A stretch of 64,000 nucleotides of DNA from Spirochaetota bacterium (GTDB lineage Bacteria; Spirochaetota; UBA4802; UBA5550): NCBI GenBank assembly GCA_042569985.1, contig JBHPHB010000001.1:1600-65599 (forward strand). Direction: 5' to 3'. Made by a program: the position numbers and the translations under genes. Below the pieces are notes generated by a model. It saw only the letters and a list, made by a program, of their open reading frames with translations. It was not told the origin of the DNA and searched no databases. Below are positions 1 to 9,199 of this stretch, piece by piece; the first letter of the stretch is position 1, and each line of letters starts with the position of its first letter.

Positions 1-10
1 AATTCCTAAG

Positions 11-50
11 AAAACAACCACAACAGACACGGTTGTTTTCTTTCCCTTTT
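11..50 (+). terminator. Candidate intrinsic terminator of an upstream (off-window) gene
   Basis: Inverted repeat aaaacaacc...ggttgtttt (9 bp arms) followed by ctttccctttt T-rich tract. Confidence 0.4.
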
Positions 51-70
51 ATAATTATACCGGCTCGGGC

Positions 71-1549
71 TTGAAGTACCTCTCATCGTATATTCCCGAA
101 TTGATGAAGAAAAACCTTGAGATCGACGGGGCAATTAAGGTCCTTGATGCCAATGATGTGAAGAGTGAAATGGATAAGAGAAAGTTAACTGCCAAAGATC
201 TCTATGACAGCTCAAAGGCCCTGAAATTTTTATCTGATATTGATGCAAACATTGGTGTTTCCGGCAGGTATATTATCCAGGGTAAGAATATTGTTATCGA
301 TTTCTTTGCGGTAAACAGCAGGAACAAGGTAAAAACAGGCGGAAGCACATTTGAGGGAATAATAGATGACAGGTTTCTCACAACACTTGAAAGATTCGCA
401 GTATCAAGGTGCGATTGGCTCATAACCTTTGTTCTTGGAGATATGCTTACAAAGTATGAAGCAAGAAAAAAGAATGTTTTCCGGGATGTTGTCAATAGAG
501 TAAGGGATTCAAAAGCCGGCGTAATAATAAAAAACAGGTGGATCCTTTCCCTTTTAATTTTGGTTTTATTTTATGTACTGTCAAAATTGACTGGCCTGTT
601 TTTTGAAAAGGTATTGAAAAGGCTTACCCTGAAAACAGAAACAGATGTAGATGAGCAGATCATTGATAAATCAAAAAAACCGATAAGGCAGATAGTTATC
701 TTTATTGGTATTAAAATTGCCCTTATTACGCTTGGCCTAAAAACTACCTTTGGAATATTCCTGGATAACCTTACTGTTGGGATTATAGTTGCCATTATTG
801 TATATATTTTAATAAGCGCATCTGATATTATCATCCATTCATGGGGGAAAAAGCTTGCACGTAAAATTGATTCCAGGATTGACGATGACCTTGTTCCCCT
901 GTTTGTGAAGGTGGTAAAAATAGTATTAATATCTATTGGTGCTTTAATGATACTATCCAGGTTTAATATTGATATTGCACCCCTAATTGCTTCTCTGGGT
1001 ATTGCCGGTTTCGCCATTGGTTTTGCCGTAAAGGATTCACTGGCAAATATTATCGGGGGGGTAGTACTTATCCTTGATAAAGCATTTGCCGTTGGAGACA
1101 AGGTAACCATTGACGGGGATGTTGGTGTTATTAAGGAGATTGGCCTGCGCAATACAAAGATAGCAACATATGATAATGAAATAATTGTTATTCCCAATGG
1201 CGAGTTAATGAACAAGAAGTTTAAGAATTCAGTTCTTCCGGATCCAAAGATAAGGGTTATAGTTGAGTTTGGCGTAGCATATGGAACTGACGTTGATAAG
1301 GTGGAAAAAGTAATCATTGATGATCTAAAAACAATGGTAGATATTTGTGAAGATCCGTCACCGGCAGTTGTTTTTGTAAAAATGGATGATTTCTCCTTAA
1401 ATTTTCAGGCAAAAATATGGGTTCCCGATTATATTAATCAGTATAATAAATGGGTAGAGGTTACAAAGCGGGTATATAATACTTTAAACAGGGAGGGGAT
1501 ATCAATTCCCTATCCAACCCATACTGTTCATATTGAAAAAGATGGCTGA
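71..1549 (+). CDS. Mechanosensitive ion channel family protein (MscS-like)
   Basis: TTG start. C-terminal half has the MscS signature GIAGFAIGFAVKDSLANIIGGVVLILDKAFAVGDKVTIDGDVGVIKEIGLRNTKI preceded by TM segments. The N-terminal ~170 aa extension is of unknown function and the start codon is uncertain. Confidence 0.8.
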   Translation: MKYLSSYIPELMKKNLEIDGAIKVLDANDVKSEMDKRKLTAKDLYDSSKALKFLSDIDANIGVSGRYIIQGKNIVIDFFAVNSRNKVKTGGSTFEGIIDDRFLTTLERFAVSRCDWLITFVLGDMLTKYEARKKNVFRDVVNRVRDSKAGVIIKNRWILSLLILVLFYVLSKLTGLFFEKVLKRLTLKTETDVDEQIIDKSKKPIRQIVIFIGIKIALITLGLKTTFGIFLDNLTVGIIVAIIVYILISASDIIIHSWGKKLARKIDSRIDDDLVPLFVKVVKIVLISIGALMILSRFNIDIAPLIASLGIAGFAIGFAVKDSLANIIGGVVLILDKAFAVGDKVTIDGDVGVIKEIGLRNTKIATYDNEIIVIPNGELMNKKFKNSVLPDPKIRVIVEFGVAYGTDVDKVEKVIIDDLKTMVDICEDPSPAVVFVKMDDFSLNFQAKIWVPDYINQYNKWVEVTKRVYNTLNREGISIPYPTHTVHIEKDG

Positions 1550-1582
1550 GTAAGTAGTATGTTCAAAAAAGGTACTATATTC

Positions 1583-1660
1583 GCCGGGTGATTACCGGCA
1601 TTTCGATACGATCCCGGTTATTGAGTGATTGCGTAGCAATCGTATCGAAATACCGGGATC
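1583..1660. other. Structured inverted-repeat element (X-Y...X'-Y' arrangement) in the mscS/VWA intergenic region
   Basis: Hairpin gccgg-tgatta-ccggc; then 13-nt atttcgatacgat (1600-1612) with its exact reverse complement atcgtatcgaaat (1639-1651); cccggt (1613-1618) with accggg (1652-1657). Arm order gives pseudoknot-like or mutually exclusive pairings. Confidence 0.4.
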
Positions 1661-1862
1661 ACAGTTCGACCCTGCTCAGTGCAGGCTCAATGACGGGCAT
1701 TTTATCGAAGCGAAAAATATTAAAAAAAACACAAAAAAATTAGAACTTTTTTCCATCCACTTTTGTCTATTCACCAAATCCTAAAGTTACAATGGGAACA
1801 TGAATGCGTGTAAGGTTTTTACACATGTTCAAAAAAAAATAAACTTAATAAGGAGAGGTGAA

Positions 1863-3536
1863 ATGATGAAAGGAAAAGTTAATTATAAATATCTTTTTGT
1901 TGCTCCCGTTACGGCAATTTCATTCGTTTTAATTATGTATTTTTTTGGGTGTGGAGGAAAAGATAAAATTACCATGCCCTATAAGACAAAACATGTAACC
2001 CATAACAGGTTGAACGCAAAAAAGATGGACCATTATGCCATGGAGATGAGTAGATCTCCGGGTATTTCAGGTAAGGGGTATGTCGGTTCGGGTGTTGTCA
2101 ATGACGTCGCCAGGATCAGGTTTAATACTGAAGAGTATAACAGGATTTACGAAAATGAATTTAAAAAGGTAACACAAAATCCATTATCCACATTTTCAAT
2201 TGATGTAGATACGGCTTCATATTCAAATGTAAGGCGTTTCATTCGTTATAACCAGGTTCCCCCGAAGGATTCAGTGAGGATAGAGGAGATGGTTAATTAC
2301 TTTAAGTATGATTATCCAAAACCTCAGGGAAAGCATCCTTTTAGTATCACAACAGAAATATCAACATGTCCATGGAATAATGATAACAGGCTGGTTCATA
2401 TTGGATTGCAGGGCAAAACACTGGATTATAAAAATCTTAAGCCCAGTAACCTTGTATTCCTAATTGACTCTTCCGGATCTATGGGCTCTTCCAATAAGCT
2501 GCCCCTTTTGAAAAAGTCTTTAAAGATGCTGGTAAAAAAATTATCACCCCGGGACAGAATCGCAATAGTTGCCTATGCAGGGTCTGCGGGACTTGTACTT
2601 CCTTCAACATCTGCCGGGGACAGTGAAAGAATTTTCGATGCTCTGGACAGGTTAAATTCCGGAGGATCAACAGCCGGAGGCGCCGGTATTAAGCTCGCAT
2701 ACAAGGTAGCAAAAAAACACCTCATTGCGGATGGTAATAACAGGGTTATACTCTGTACCGACGGCGATTTTAATGTGGGTGCATCGTCAACGGGGCATCT
2801 TGTAAGGTTGATTGAGGAAAAAAGAAAGGATAATATTTTTCTTACAATTTGCGGATTTGGCATGGGTAACTATAAGGACGGAAGGATGGAGCAGATTAGC
2901 AATGCCGGAAACGGAAATTATTTCTATATAGATAATATAAGGGAAGCGGAAAAGGTATTTGTTAAGGAAATGCGCGCAAACATGTTTACCATCGCAAAGG
3001 ATGTTAAAATTCAAATCGAATTTAATCCGGCAAAAGTTAAGGCCTATCGACTGGTGGGTTACGAAAACAGGGTAATGAAGAATGAGGATTTTAACAATGA
3101 TAAAAAGGATGCCGGAGAGCTTGGCGCGGGGCACACTGTAACTGCCCTTTATGAAATCGTACCAACAGGATCAAAACAGAAGGTAAATGGAACAGATAAG
3201 CTTAAGTACCAGGATGTTGTCAAAACAGATGCATCGTCAAGTAATGAGATTATTACTGTTAAATTCAGGTATAAGCATCCAAAAGGGGGAAAGAGTAAGC
3301 TCATAGTAAAACCTGTTATTGATGAGAATAAGGTCCTGGGAAAGACATCATCCAATTACCGCTTCTCAGCAGCAGTGGCAGGTTTTGGGATGATTTTGAG
3401 GGATTCCAGGTTTAAAAACGGGCTTACTTTTAATAAGGTTTTAGCCCTTGCAAAAGGTTCAAAAAGTAAAGATGAAAATGGTTACAGGGCCGAATTCATC
3501 AGGCTGGTTGAAACCTGTTCTTTACTTAAGAAGTAA
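1863..3536 (+). CDS. von Willebrand factor type A (VWA) domain protein, YfbK-like, with N-terminal TM/signal
   Basis: MIDAS-type motif LIDSSGSMG, later CTDGDFNVG. ATG at 1863 preferred over ORF-track start 1800 because aggagaggtgaa RBS directly precedes it. ~580 aa architecture resembles YfbK-type VWA plus C-terminal DUF3520-like region. Confidence 0.75.
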   Translation: MMKGKVNYKYLFVAPVTAISFVLIMYFFGCGGKDKITMPYKTKHVTHNRLNAKKMDHYAMEMSRSPGISGKGYVGSGVVNDVARIRFNTEEYNRIYENEFKKVTQNPLSTFSIDVDTASYSNVRRFIRYNQVPPKDSVRIEEMVNYFKYDYPKPQGKHPFSITTEISTCPWNNDNRLVHIGLQGKTLDYKNLKPSNLVFLIDSSGSMGSSNKLPLLKKSLKMLVKKLSPRDRIAIVAYAGSAGLVLPSTSAGDSERIFDALDRLNSGGSTAGGAGIKLAYKVAKKHLIADGNNRVILCTDGDFNVGASSTGHLVRLIEEKRKDNIFLTICGFGMGNYKDGRMEQISNAGNGNYFYIDNIREAEKVFVKEMRANMFTIAKDVKIQIEFNPAKVKAYRLVGYENRVMKNEDFNNDKKDAGELGAGHTVTALYEIVPTGSKQKVNGTDKLKYQDVVKTDASSSNEIITVKFRYKHPKGGKSKLIVKPVIDENKVLGKTSSNYRFSAAVAGFGMILRDSRFKNGLTFNKVLALAKGSKSKDENGYRAEFIRLVETCSLLKK

Positions 3537-3558
3537 TGTTTTACCGGGAATATCACCA

Positions 3559-3590
3559 AAGGCGATATGATATCATATCGCCTTTTTTTA
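3559..3590 (+). terminator. Rho-independent terminator after the VWA gene
   Basis: Perfect palindrome ggcgatatgat|atcatatcgcc followed by ttttttt. Confidence 0.7.
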
Positions 3591-3803
3591 TCTATTTAAA
3601 GGCTCAAAACCCATCAGGAGTTATTGGGTTGACTGAAAAATATAGTATAAATAAAATAGTTCTTGAAAATCTTCTATAAATTCATAATATATATTTTTTT
3701 ATAAATCTATCTAAAAAAAATTGAACTTATTTTTATTTCTTTGATAATAGTATATAAGATCTGGAATGTTGAATTAAGAATAAATTTAAGGGTTTAAAGT
3801 TAA

Positions 3804-4874
3804 ATGGAAGAGAAAAACAACCTTTCAAAAAAAATTCAGAAAATTAATAATTTAAACGAATATGAAAATTTATTAATTATAACGGAAAAAATAATCAGGC
3901 AGACTTTGAGCAATGAAATAAATTTGCTCAATTTTAAAAGTATACTTAATAAATTTGTTGATAAAATTTTTAAGGATGTGAAGGGCAATGAAGAGCTCTT
4001 TGTTACCCTAATATCATATATCGAGGGTAATAATAAATTTTTTGCACATTCCCTTAATACCGCCATATTTACTACAATATTTTGTATTTCCCTTGATATT
4101 GACGAAGATGACAGGAATACATTGATATCAACGGCACTTCTCCATGATATTGGAAAGCTGAAATATCATGATAAAATTCAGAAAAAGTATATATTGGACA
4201 ATGAAAGTATTAAAGATGTGGAGAAGAGTCATCCTGCCTGGGGTAAGAGACTCATACTATATCATCTGAGACTATCAAAAGAGATGGGTGAGTTAATTGC
4301 TAACCACCATGAAAATTTAATGGGTACGGGATTCCCTAATGGCCTGAAAGGGAGTGATCTGAGCCTCAATGATAATATCCTTATAACTTCAAATCTTCTG
4401 GAAAGAATATTGCAGAATATAAACTATGCAGGCATTGACCAGTTTGAAAAGACAATCGGATTTATGATGTCAAAGTATAAAAATCTTTTCAAGCCCGTCA
4501 TATCCAAAGTCATCTTAAGTCTATTCCAAATTGAAAACGAGAATAGAAAATACAAAAGATTTTCCATACAAAAAAATGGATACCTGGAAAGTCAAATCTC
4601 GAAGATACAATATCCCTGTGAACTTATTGACCTTTCGGCAGGGGGTGCTAAGATTTCATTGGAAAGAAAACTTCCCTCAGAGCTGATTTATAAAATAAAT
4701 ACGAAGCTTGCCAAAACTTTGAGCATCAGGAATAAAAGCTGCCGGATAATTCGGGAAAATGAAAGTGTAAAGGACTACGAATACGGTTTAGAGTTTTATA
4801 ATCCCGATGAAACAATTATTAAAAGTATTGAGCCAATCCTTGATGATAAAGCAACGAACCAGAAAATGAATTAG
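3804..4874 (+). CDS. HD-GYP-like phosphohydrolase domain fused to a C-terminal PilZ domain
   Basis: HD motif ALLHDIGK. HD-GYP-like stretch ANHHENLMGTGFPNGL (variant of HHExxDGxGYP, with D to M and Y to F). C-terminal PilZ-like ELIDLSAGGAKISL (DxSxxG). Confidence 0.6.
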   Translation: MEEKNNLSKKIQKINNLNEYENLLIITEKIIRQTLSNEINLLNFKSILNKFVDKIFKDVKGNEELFVTLISYIEGNNKFFAHSLNTAIFTTIFCISLDIDEDDRNTLISTALLHDIGKLKYHDKIQKKYILDNESIKDVEKSHPAWGKRLILYHLRLSKEMGELIANHHENLMGTGFPNGLKGSDLSLNDNILITSNLLERILQNINYAGIDQFEKTIGFMMSKYKNLFKPVISKVILSLFQIENENRKYKRFSIQKNGYLESQISKIQYPCELIDLSAGGAKISLERKLPSELIYKINTKLAKTLSIRNKSCRIIRENESVKDYEYGLEFYNPDETIIKSIEPILDDKATNQKMN

Positions 4875-4876
4875 TA

Positions 4877-5161
4877 ATGGACGTAGTAAAATTTTCTTTT
4901 TTATGTTTTCTGCTGTTTTTTTTACAATCCTGCACAAGTCAAAAGGTTAACCCCCGTGAATACTGCAAAGAGCGCTGTTACTATGTAAGGGTGGATTGTT
5001 TAGATATATGCCCGAAGAACAGTATTAACTTTTCTTATCGCTGGGATGATAAAGGCAGGAGTAAATTTTATAGCTGTTCTGAAAGGTGCATTGATAATTA
5101 TAAAAAATGCAGCAGGGGTTGTTTGAAAGTTAAGAATCTTTCTTCTGTTAAAAAGAATTAA
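4877..5161 (+). CDS. Small cysteine-rich lipoprotein, hypothetical
   Basis: Lipobox FLQSC after hydrophobic signal. 10+ Cys in 94 aa. Immediately follows HD-GYP-PilZ gene (2-nt gap). Confidence 0.4.
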   Translation: MDVVKFSFLCFLLFFLQSCTSQKVNPREYCKERCYYVRVDCLDICPKNSINFSYRWDDKGRSKFYSCSERCIDNYKKCSRGCLKVKNLSSVKKN

Positions 5162-5173
5162 GCAAGGTCTATC

Positions 5174-5893
5174 TTATTTTGCAAATATTCCATTCCACCA
5201 GTTGCCCCTTCGCAATACTTTTCCTTTTTTATCATAGAGAATACCTTTGCCATTTCTTTTCCCGTTTTTCCATTGGCCTATAAAGGTGGAGCCATCGGAA
5301 AAATTGAAAATACCCTCTCCCGATCTTTTTCCATTTTTCCATTGGCCTATATATTTTGTTCCCCTCGGCCATGTATAAGTCCCCTTGCCGTTGAATTTAT
5401 CATCTTTCCATTGTCCCTTATATTTTGATCCGTCTGCAAAAGTACAGTTGCCCTTTCCATTCCTTTTGCCCTTTCTCCAGTCCCCCATATACAGTGTCCC
5501 TCCGGGAAAGGAAAAAGTGCCTTTGCCATGCCTTTTGTTGTATTTAAATTGGCCAGTATATTTTGAACCGTCCGGGAATATATATGTACCGCTACCGTGC
5601 ATTTTATCATTTTTCCATTGTCCCGTGTATTTTGTTCCGGTTGGCCCGGTGGCAACTCCACTGCCATGCCTTTTTCCCTTTTTAAACTGCCCCTTGTAAA
5701 TGAATCCACTGGGAAGCATTAGGGTTCCACGGCCGTGCCTTTTACCCTTTTTAAACTGGCCCACATATTTACTTCCGTTATTTTTAATTTCGGTGCCATT
5801 GCCATTTTTACAATTTCCCCTGGTGCATTTTGCATGGGCATCTGAAAAAATGGAAAGAGAAGTAATTATAAGTAAAAGGTACAGATATTTCAT
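5174..5893 (-). CDS. MORN-repeat protein with signal peptide
   Basis: Reiterated YxGQ(F/W)KxGKRHGxGT units (e.g. YVGQFKKGKRHGRGT, YKGQFKKGKRHGSGV, YTGQWKNDKMHGSGT). The DNA repeat explains the in-repeat shadow ORFs on both strands. Confidence 0.8.
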   Translation of the reverse strand: MKYLYLLLIITSLSIFSDAHAKCTRGNCKNGNGTEIKNNGSKYVGQFKKGKRHGRGTLMLPSGFIYKGQFKKGKRHGSGVATGPTGTKYTGQWKNDKMHGSGTYIFPDGSKYTGQFKYNKRHGKGTFSFPGGTLYMGDWRKGKRNGKGNCTFADGSKYKGQWKDDKFNGKGTYTWPRGTKYIGQWKNGKRSGEGIFNFSDGSTFIGQWKNGKRNGKGILYDKKGKVLRRGNWWNGIFAK

Positions 5894-5933
5894 AATTTCA
5901 CCTGTTTTTTGTACTGAAGTATTTCAAAAGGCT

Positions 5934-6887
5934 TTAAGTTTTGTTGCCTAACTCACCAGGTTCTTGAATTTTAATCTTATATTTCTTGAGAAATTCTTTA
6001 AACCCGTAGACCCTGTCGCCCATGAAGACCATGTCATGGGCATTTTCAGGACAGAGGTTGACACATCCAAAGCATACCTGGCATTTGCTGTTGCTCACTG
6101 AATATTTTGCCAGGTCTATTGCATTACCCGGGCATTTTCTTACACATAGTCCGCACTTGATGCATTTGTTTTTATCGATGGAATGTTTTTTGAGTAAAAC
6201 CTTTTTTGTCCACCAGGCAGTGCCAAGTACTTCTAATATATTAAATATACTGAATTCATGGTCAATTTTAATAACTCTTTCCTTTTTAATGTTTTCAAGC
6301 ATCTTAGAAGCAAAACTCCCGGCCTTATTAAATGTCTTCTTATTTGGAAGGTGCTTGTATTTTAAAATTCTTTCAATTCTACCGGTTGACCATGTGGGGG
6401 CAAAGGTTGACATGTTTCCGAATGTCTGGGACCCCACAGGCAGTCCTCCCTTATCCGACAGTAATTCTAAAATATCGCATGCCGTGTTGTGCTGGTTGTG
6501 GCCCGTTCCGCCAAAGGTGGTATATGAAAAAACGGGGACCCCTTCGATTTTAGATATTCCTTTTATCCAATCCTTAAGAAATACGGGCATCTCGTAATAG
6601 TAAACGGGGCTTCCCATGACAATGAGTTCATAGTTTTCAAGGGATTTTTTATCAATACCTCTGACATCACCACTGATAACCTTTATTCCGCTTTGCTCAA
6701 ATTTGTGGGCAATTATTTTACCGATTCTTTCCGTATGGCCCGTCTGGCTGAACCATGTTACAAGGGCAAGCTTTGGATCTTTGGATTTCATCTTTACCTT
6801 TTTCTTCACCGTGGAACATTTGTTTAACAGGAATAATGAGATTGCGGTCAGTAATGCTTTTTTTAAAAATGATCTTCTTGATTCCAT
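5934..6887 (-). CDS. Tat-signal flavodoxin-like domain fused to 2x[4Fe-4S] ferredoxin domain
   Basis: Twin-arginine motif SRRSFLKKALL at N-terminus. Flavodoxin-like LALVTWFSQTGHTE. Two CxxCxxCxxxCP motifs (CIKCGLCVRKCP, CQVCFGCVNLCP). Confidence 0.7.
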   Translation of the reverse strand: MESRRSFLKKALLTAISLFLLNKCSTVKKKVKMKSKDPKLALVTWFSQTGHTERIGKIIAHKFEQSGIKVISGDVRGIDKKSLENYELIVMGSPVYYYEMPVFLKDWIKGISKIEGVPVFSYTTFGGTGHNQHNTACDILELLSDKGGLPVGSQTFGNMSTFAPTWSTGRIERILKYKHLPNKKTFNKAGSFASKMLENIKKERVIKIDHEFSIFNILEVLGTAWWTKKVLLKKHSIDKNKCIKCGLCVRKCPGNAIDLAKYSVSNSKCQVCFGCVNLCPENAHDMVFMGDRVYGFKEFLKKYKIKIQEPGELGNKT

Positions 6888-7070
6888 TGTATTCTTTTCA
6901 ATTTTTTTATATTTGATTATTCCTCATGGAGCGGGGATGTCAAGCAGTTTTAAAAGTTAAATTAAATACTGGTTAAACAGCTCTTGTATTATTTATTATT
7001 TTTATTAAAAAATGCAAAAAAAAATCAATTTAATTCTCCCTTATTCGTTTATTCAGTAGGGGTATCTTAA

Positions 7071-9110
7071 ATGAAACAATTCAGGGAAATATGTGGAAAG
7101 ATTTTTGTTCCCTCTTTATTTATGCTTTTATTGCTTATTTCAGCAATATTAATATGCTACTCCATGCATACGGCAGACAGTTCCGGAATTATTTTGGGGG
7201 CATTTATTTTAATTGTCACCGGTCTGATTTCCCCTATCATTTTTAAAAATTCTATGGTAAAAAGAACTTTGGTTCCCCTGCTTTTGCTTTCAACATTGAT
7301 ATTGTCCCTTACGGTTTTAAGCATATTTTCAAAGATGAAGGCTAACCCCCTTAATATTGAGACTTACACGTTATGCGGATTTGTAAAAAGAGTTGTCCAT
7401 GGGAGATATAATAAGGAAATTATCTTGAAGCTGGCTGATAATAACTTACGGAATTGCATGGGGTATAATTATAAAAACAGGATTTATATAGGGGCTGATT
7501 TACCGGGTAATTTAAAATTGAAGCGGGGAGATATAATCGAATTTGATGCTGTCAATCTGAAAAAAATTGATGCCGTTAAAAGCAATTCGCCATTTACTTT
7601 GAATCTAATCAGAAGGGGTATCCATTACACTTTAAAACTTTATAAAGATGATTATAAGGTTTTAAAAAACTCAAATGGGAACATCAAAAGTAGTATAAGA
7701 TTGTGGATTGAAAAAAATACGAGGCTATTATTTTCTGATAAAACCTCCTCACTGCTGCTTGCCCTGTATTTTGGCAATAAAAACTATATCGATAAGGGTA
7801 CCATTATTAATTTTAAGAGGGCCGGTGTGCTTCATGTGCTTGCGGCAAGCGGCTTGCATGTTGGAATTATTGCAATCATACCTTTTTTTCTATTAAGGAT
7901 AATACGGGTTAAAAGAAAAATAATTCTCATAATTACAATTCCCATCCTTTTGTCCTATCTTTATATAACGGATATGCCTGTTTCACTTTTCAGGGCTTGT
8001 ATTATGTTTTCCGTCTACTATATGCAGGAGGTATTTGATTTTGATAGAAATATTTTTAATGCATTATTTTTAACCGCAATAATTATCCTATTAGTTCAGC
8101 CATATGAACTCTATTCAATGGGATTCCAGTTGAGCTTTGGAGCAACCCTGGGAATAATATTATTGTTTAAATTCTATAAAGAAGCCCTTGGCTATTTGCC
8201 GGGATTTATTTCAAATTCAATATCCCTCAGTTTATCTGCACAGATAATTGTTGTTCCCATAATTGTCATTAGGATTGGAGAACTCAATCTTACGGGCCTG
8301 CTCAGTAACCTGGTGGTTGTTCCTGTTACGGTTTTAATTATGATATTGTCAATATTAACAAACTTTATCTCTGTTGCTTCCACCGGGTTTGCAGGAATGT
8401 CGGCTATACTTACTGATTATATTTTTATGGCAGAAGAGGTCTTTGTAAATTGGATCTCCTCGCTTGGTGGCCACTTTTTGGTCAACAGTATAAATGTATT
8501 TCTTTTTGCGGCATATGTACTGGCCCTTGTACCGGTGGTGCTATATAAAAAAAGATTATTCTCAATGTCAATTGTAATGGCAATTGCAATTTGCTGGCTT
8601 TCGCTAAATTTTGAAAAGGGGAAATATGATAGTAGTTTAGTGGTATTCAGACATAAAAACAGAAGGGCAGTTCTTTTTAATGATGACAAACATGCATTTC
8701 TAATTGGGGAAGTACCGTCGTTAAATTCTGCAAAATATATAACATGTTATTTGAAAAAAATATATGTGGATAAACTGGATTGTTTTATTACAAAACCGGA
8801 CTTTGATAATATTCGTTCTTATTCATATATAACAAAGAGATTTATAGTGCCAAGGTGTTTTCTATCATCTGGTTTCGGGTTTTCAAAATATATGAATAGT
8901 TTTTTTTGGATTCTTGAGAGGGATAAAGTAAAATTATCAATTTTTAATTCCAGGGGAAAAGCTGAAAAAGTTAATTTTAGCAATATTGCAGGTTATAATG
9001 AAATACCCGGTGAAGTGATTTTTTCAGTATATAAACACATTATATCGGGAAAAATTGATATTAAAACCGATATTTCATTAAAAATTGTAATAAATAAAAT
9101 GCCTTTTTGA
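7071..9110 (+). CDS. comEC: ComEC/Rec2 family DNA internalisation channel protein (C-terminal metallo-beta-lactamase-like domain apparently degenerate)
   Basis: Multi-TM N-terminus. Competence-domain motif AGVLHVLAASGLHVGII. The C-terminal region aligns by eye to the MBL domain, but DVGQGD corresponds to RHKNRR and THPHADH to TKPDFDN. Confidence 0.7.
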   Translation: MKQFREICGKIFVPSLFMLLLLISAILICYSMHTADSSGIILGAFILIVTGLISPIIFKNSMVKRTLVPLLLLSTLILSLTVLSIFSKMKANPLNIETYTLCGFVKRVVHGRYNKEIILKLADNNLRNCMGYNYKNRIYIGADLPGNLKLKRGDIIEFDAVNLKKIDAVKSNSPFTLNLIRRGIHYTLKLYKDDYKVLKNSNGNIKSSIRLWIEKNTRLLFSDKTSSLLLALYFGNKNYIDKGTIINFKRAGVLHVLAASGLHVGIIAIIPFFLLRIIRVKRKIILIITIPILLSYLYITDMPVSLFRACIMFSVYYMQEVFDFDRNIFNALFLTAIIILLVQPYELYSMGFQLSFGATLGIILLFKFYKEALGYLPGFISNSISLSLSAQIIVVPIIVIRIGELNLTGLLSNLVVVPVTVLIMILSILTNFISVASTGFAGMSAILTDYIFMAEEVFVNWISSLGGHFLVNSINVFLFAAYVLALVPVVLYKKRLFSMSIVMAIAICWLSLNFEKGKYDSSLVVFRHKNRRAVLFNDDKHAFLIGEVPSLNSAKYITCYLKKIYVDKLDCFITKPDFDNIRSYSYITKRFIVPRCFLSSGFGFSKYMNSFFWILERDKVKLSIFNSRGKAEKVNFSNIAGYNEIPGEVIFSVYKHIISGKIDIKTDISLKIVINKMPF

Positions 9111-9199
9111 AAAAATAATTAACCCGGCTTAATTTTGTGTATACCTGAATCCGATAATTAAATCATATTCATAAATAATGGGGAAGATATTATATTTAT

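Noticed and set aside
202-1317. Minus-strand ORFs (202..495, 571..1317) inside the MscS gene
   Set aside because: They fully overlap a well-supported coding region on the opposite strand. Low-complexity translations typical of antisense frames.
1655-1700. Possible tRNA fragment (cacaGTTCGAccctg resembles a T-loop)
   Set aside because: No acceptor, D or anticodon arms can be drawn. The flanking stem does not pair.
5347-5709. Overlapping ORFs on both strands inside the MORN-repeat gene (5347..5709 -, 5385..5699 +, 5700..5951 +)
   Set aside because: They arise from the periodic DNA repeat encoding MORN units. The minus-frame MORN protein has a signal peptide and canonical repeats, so the others are shadow frames.
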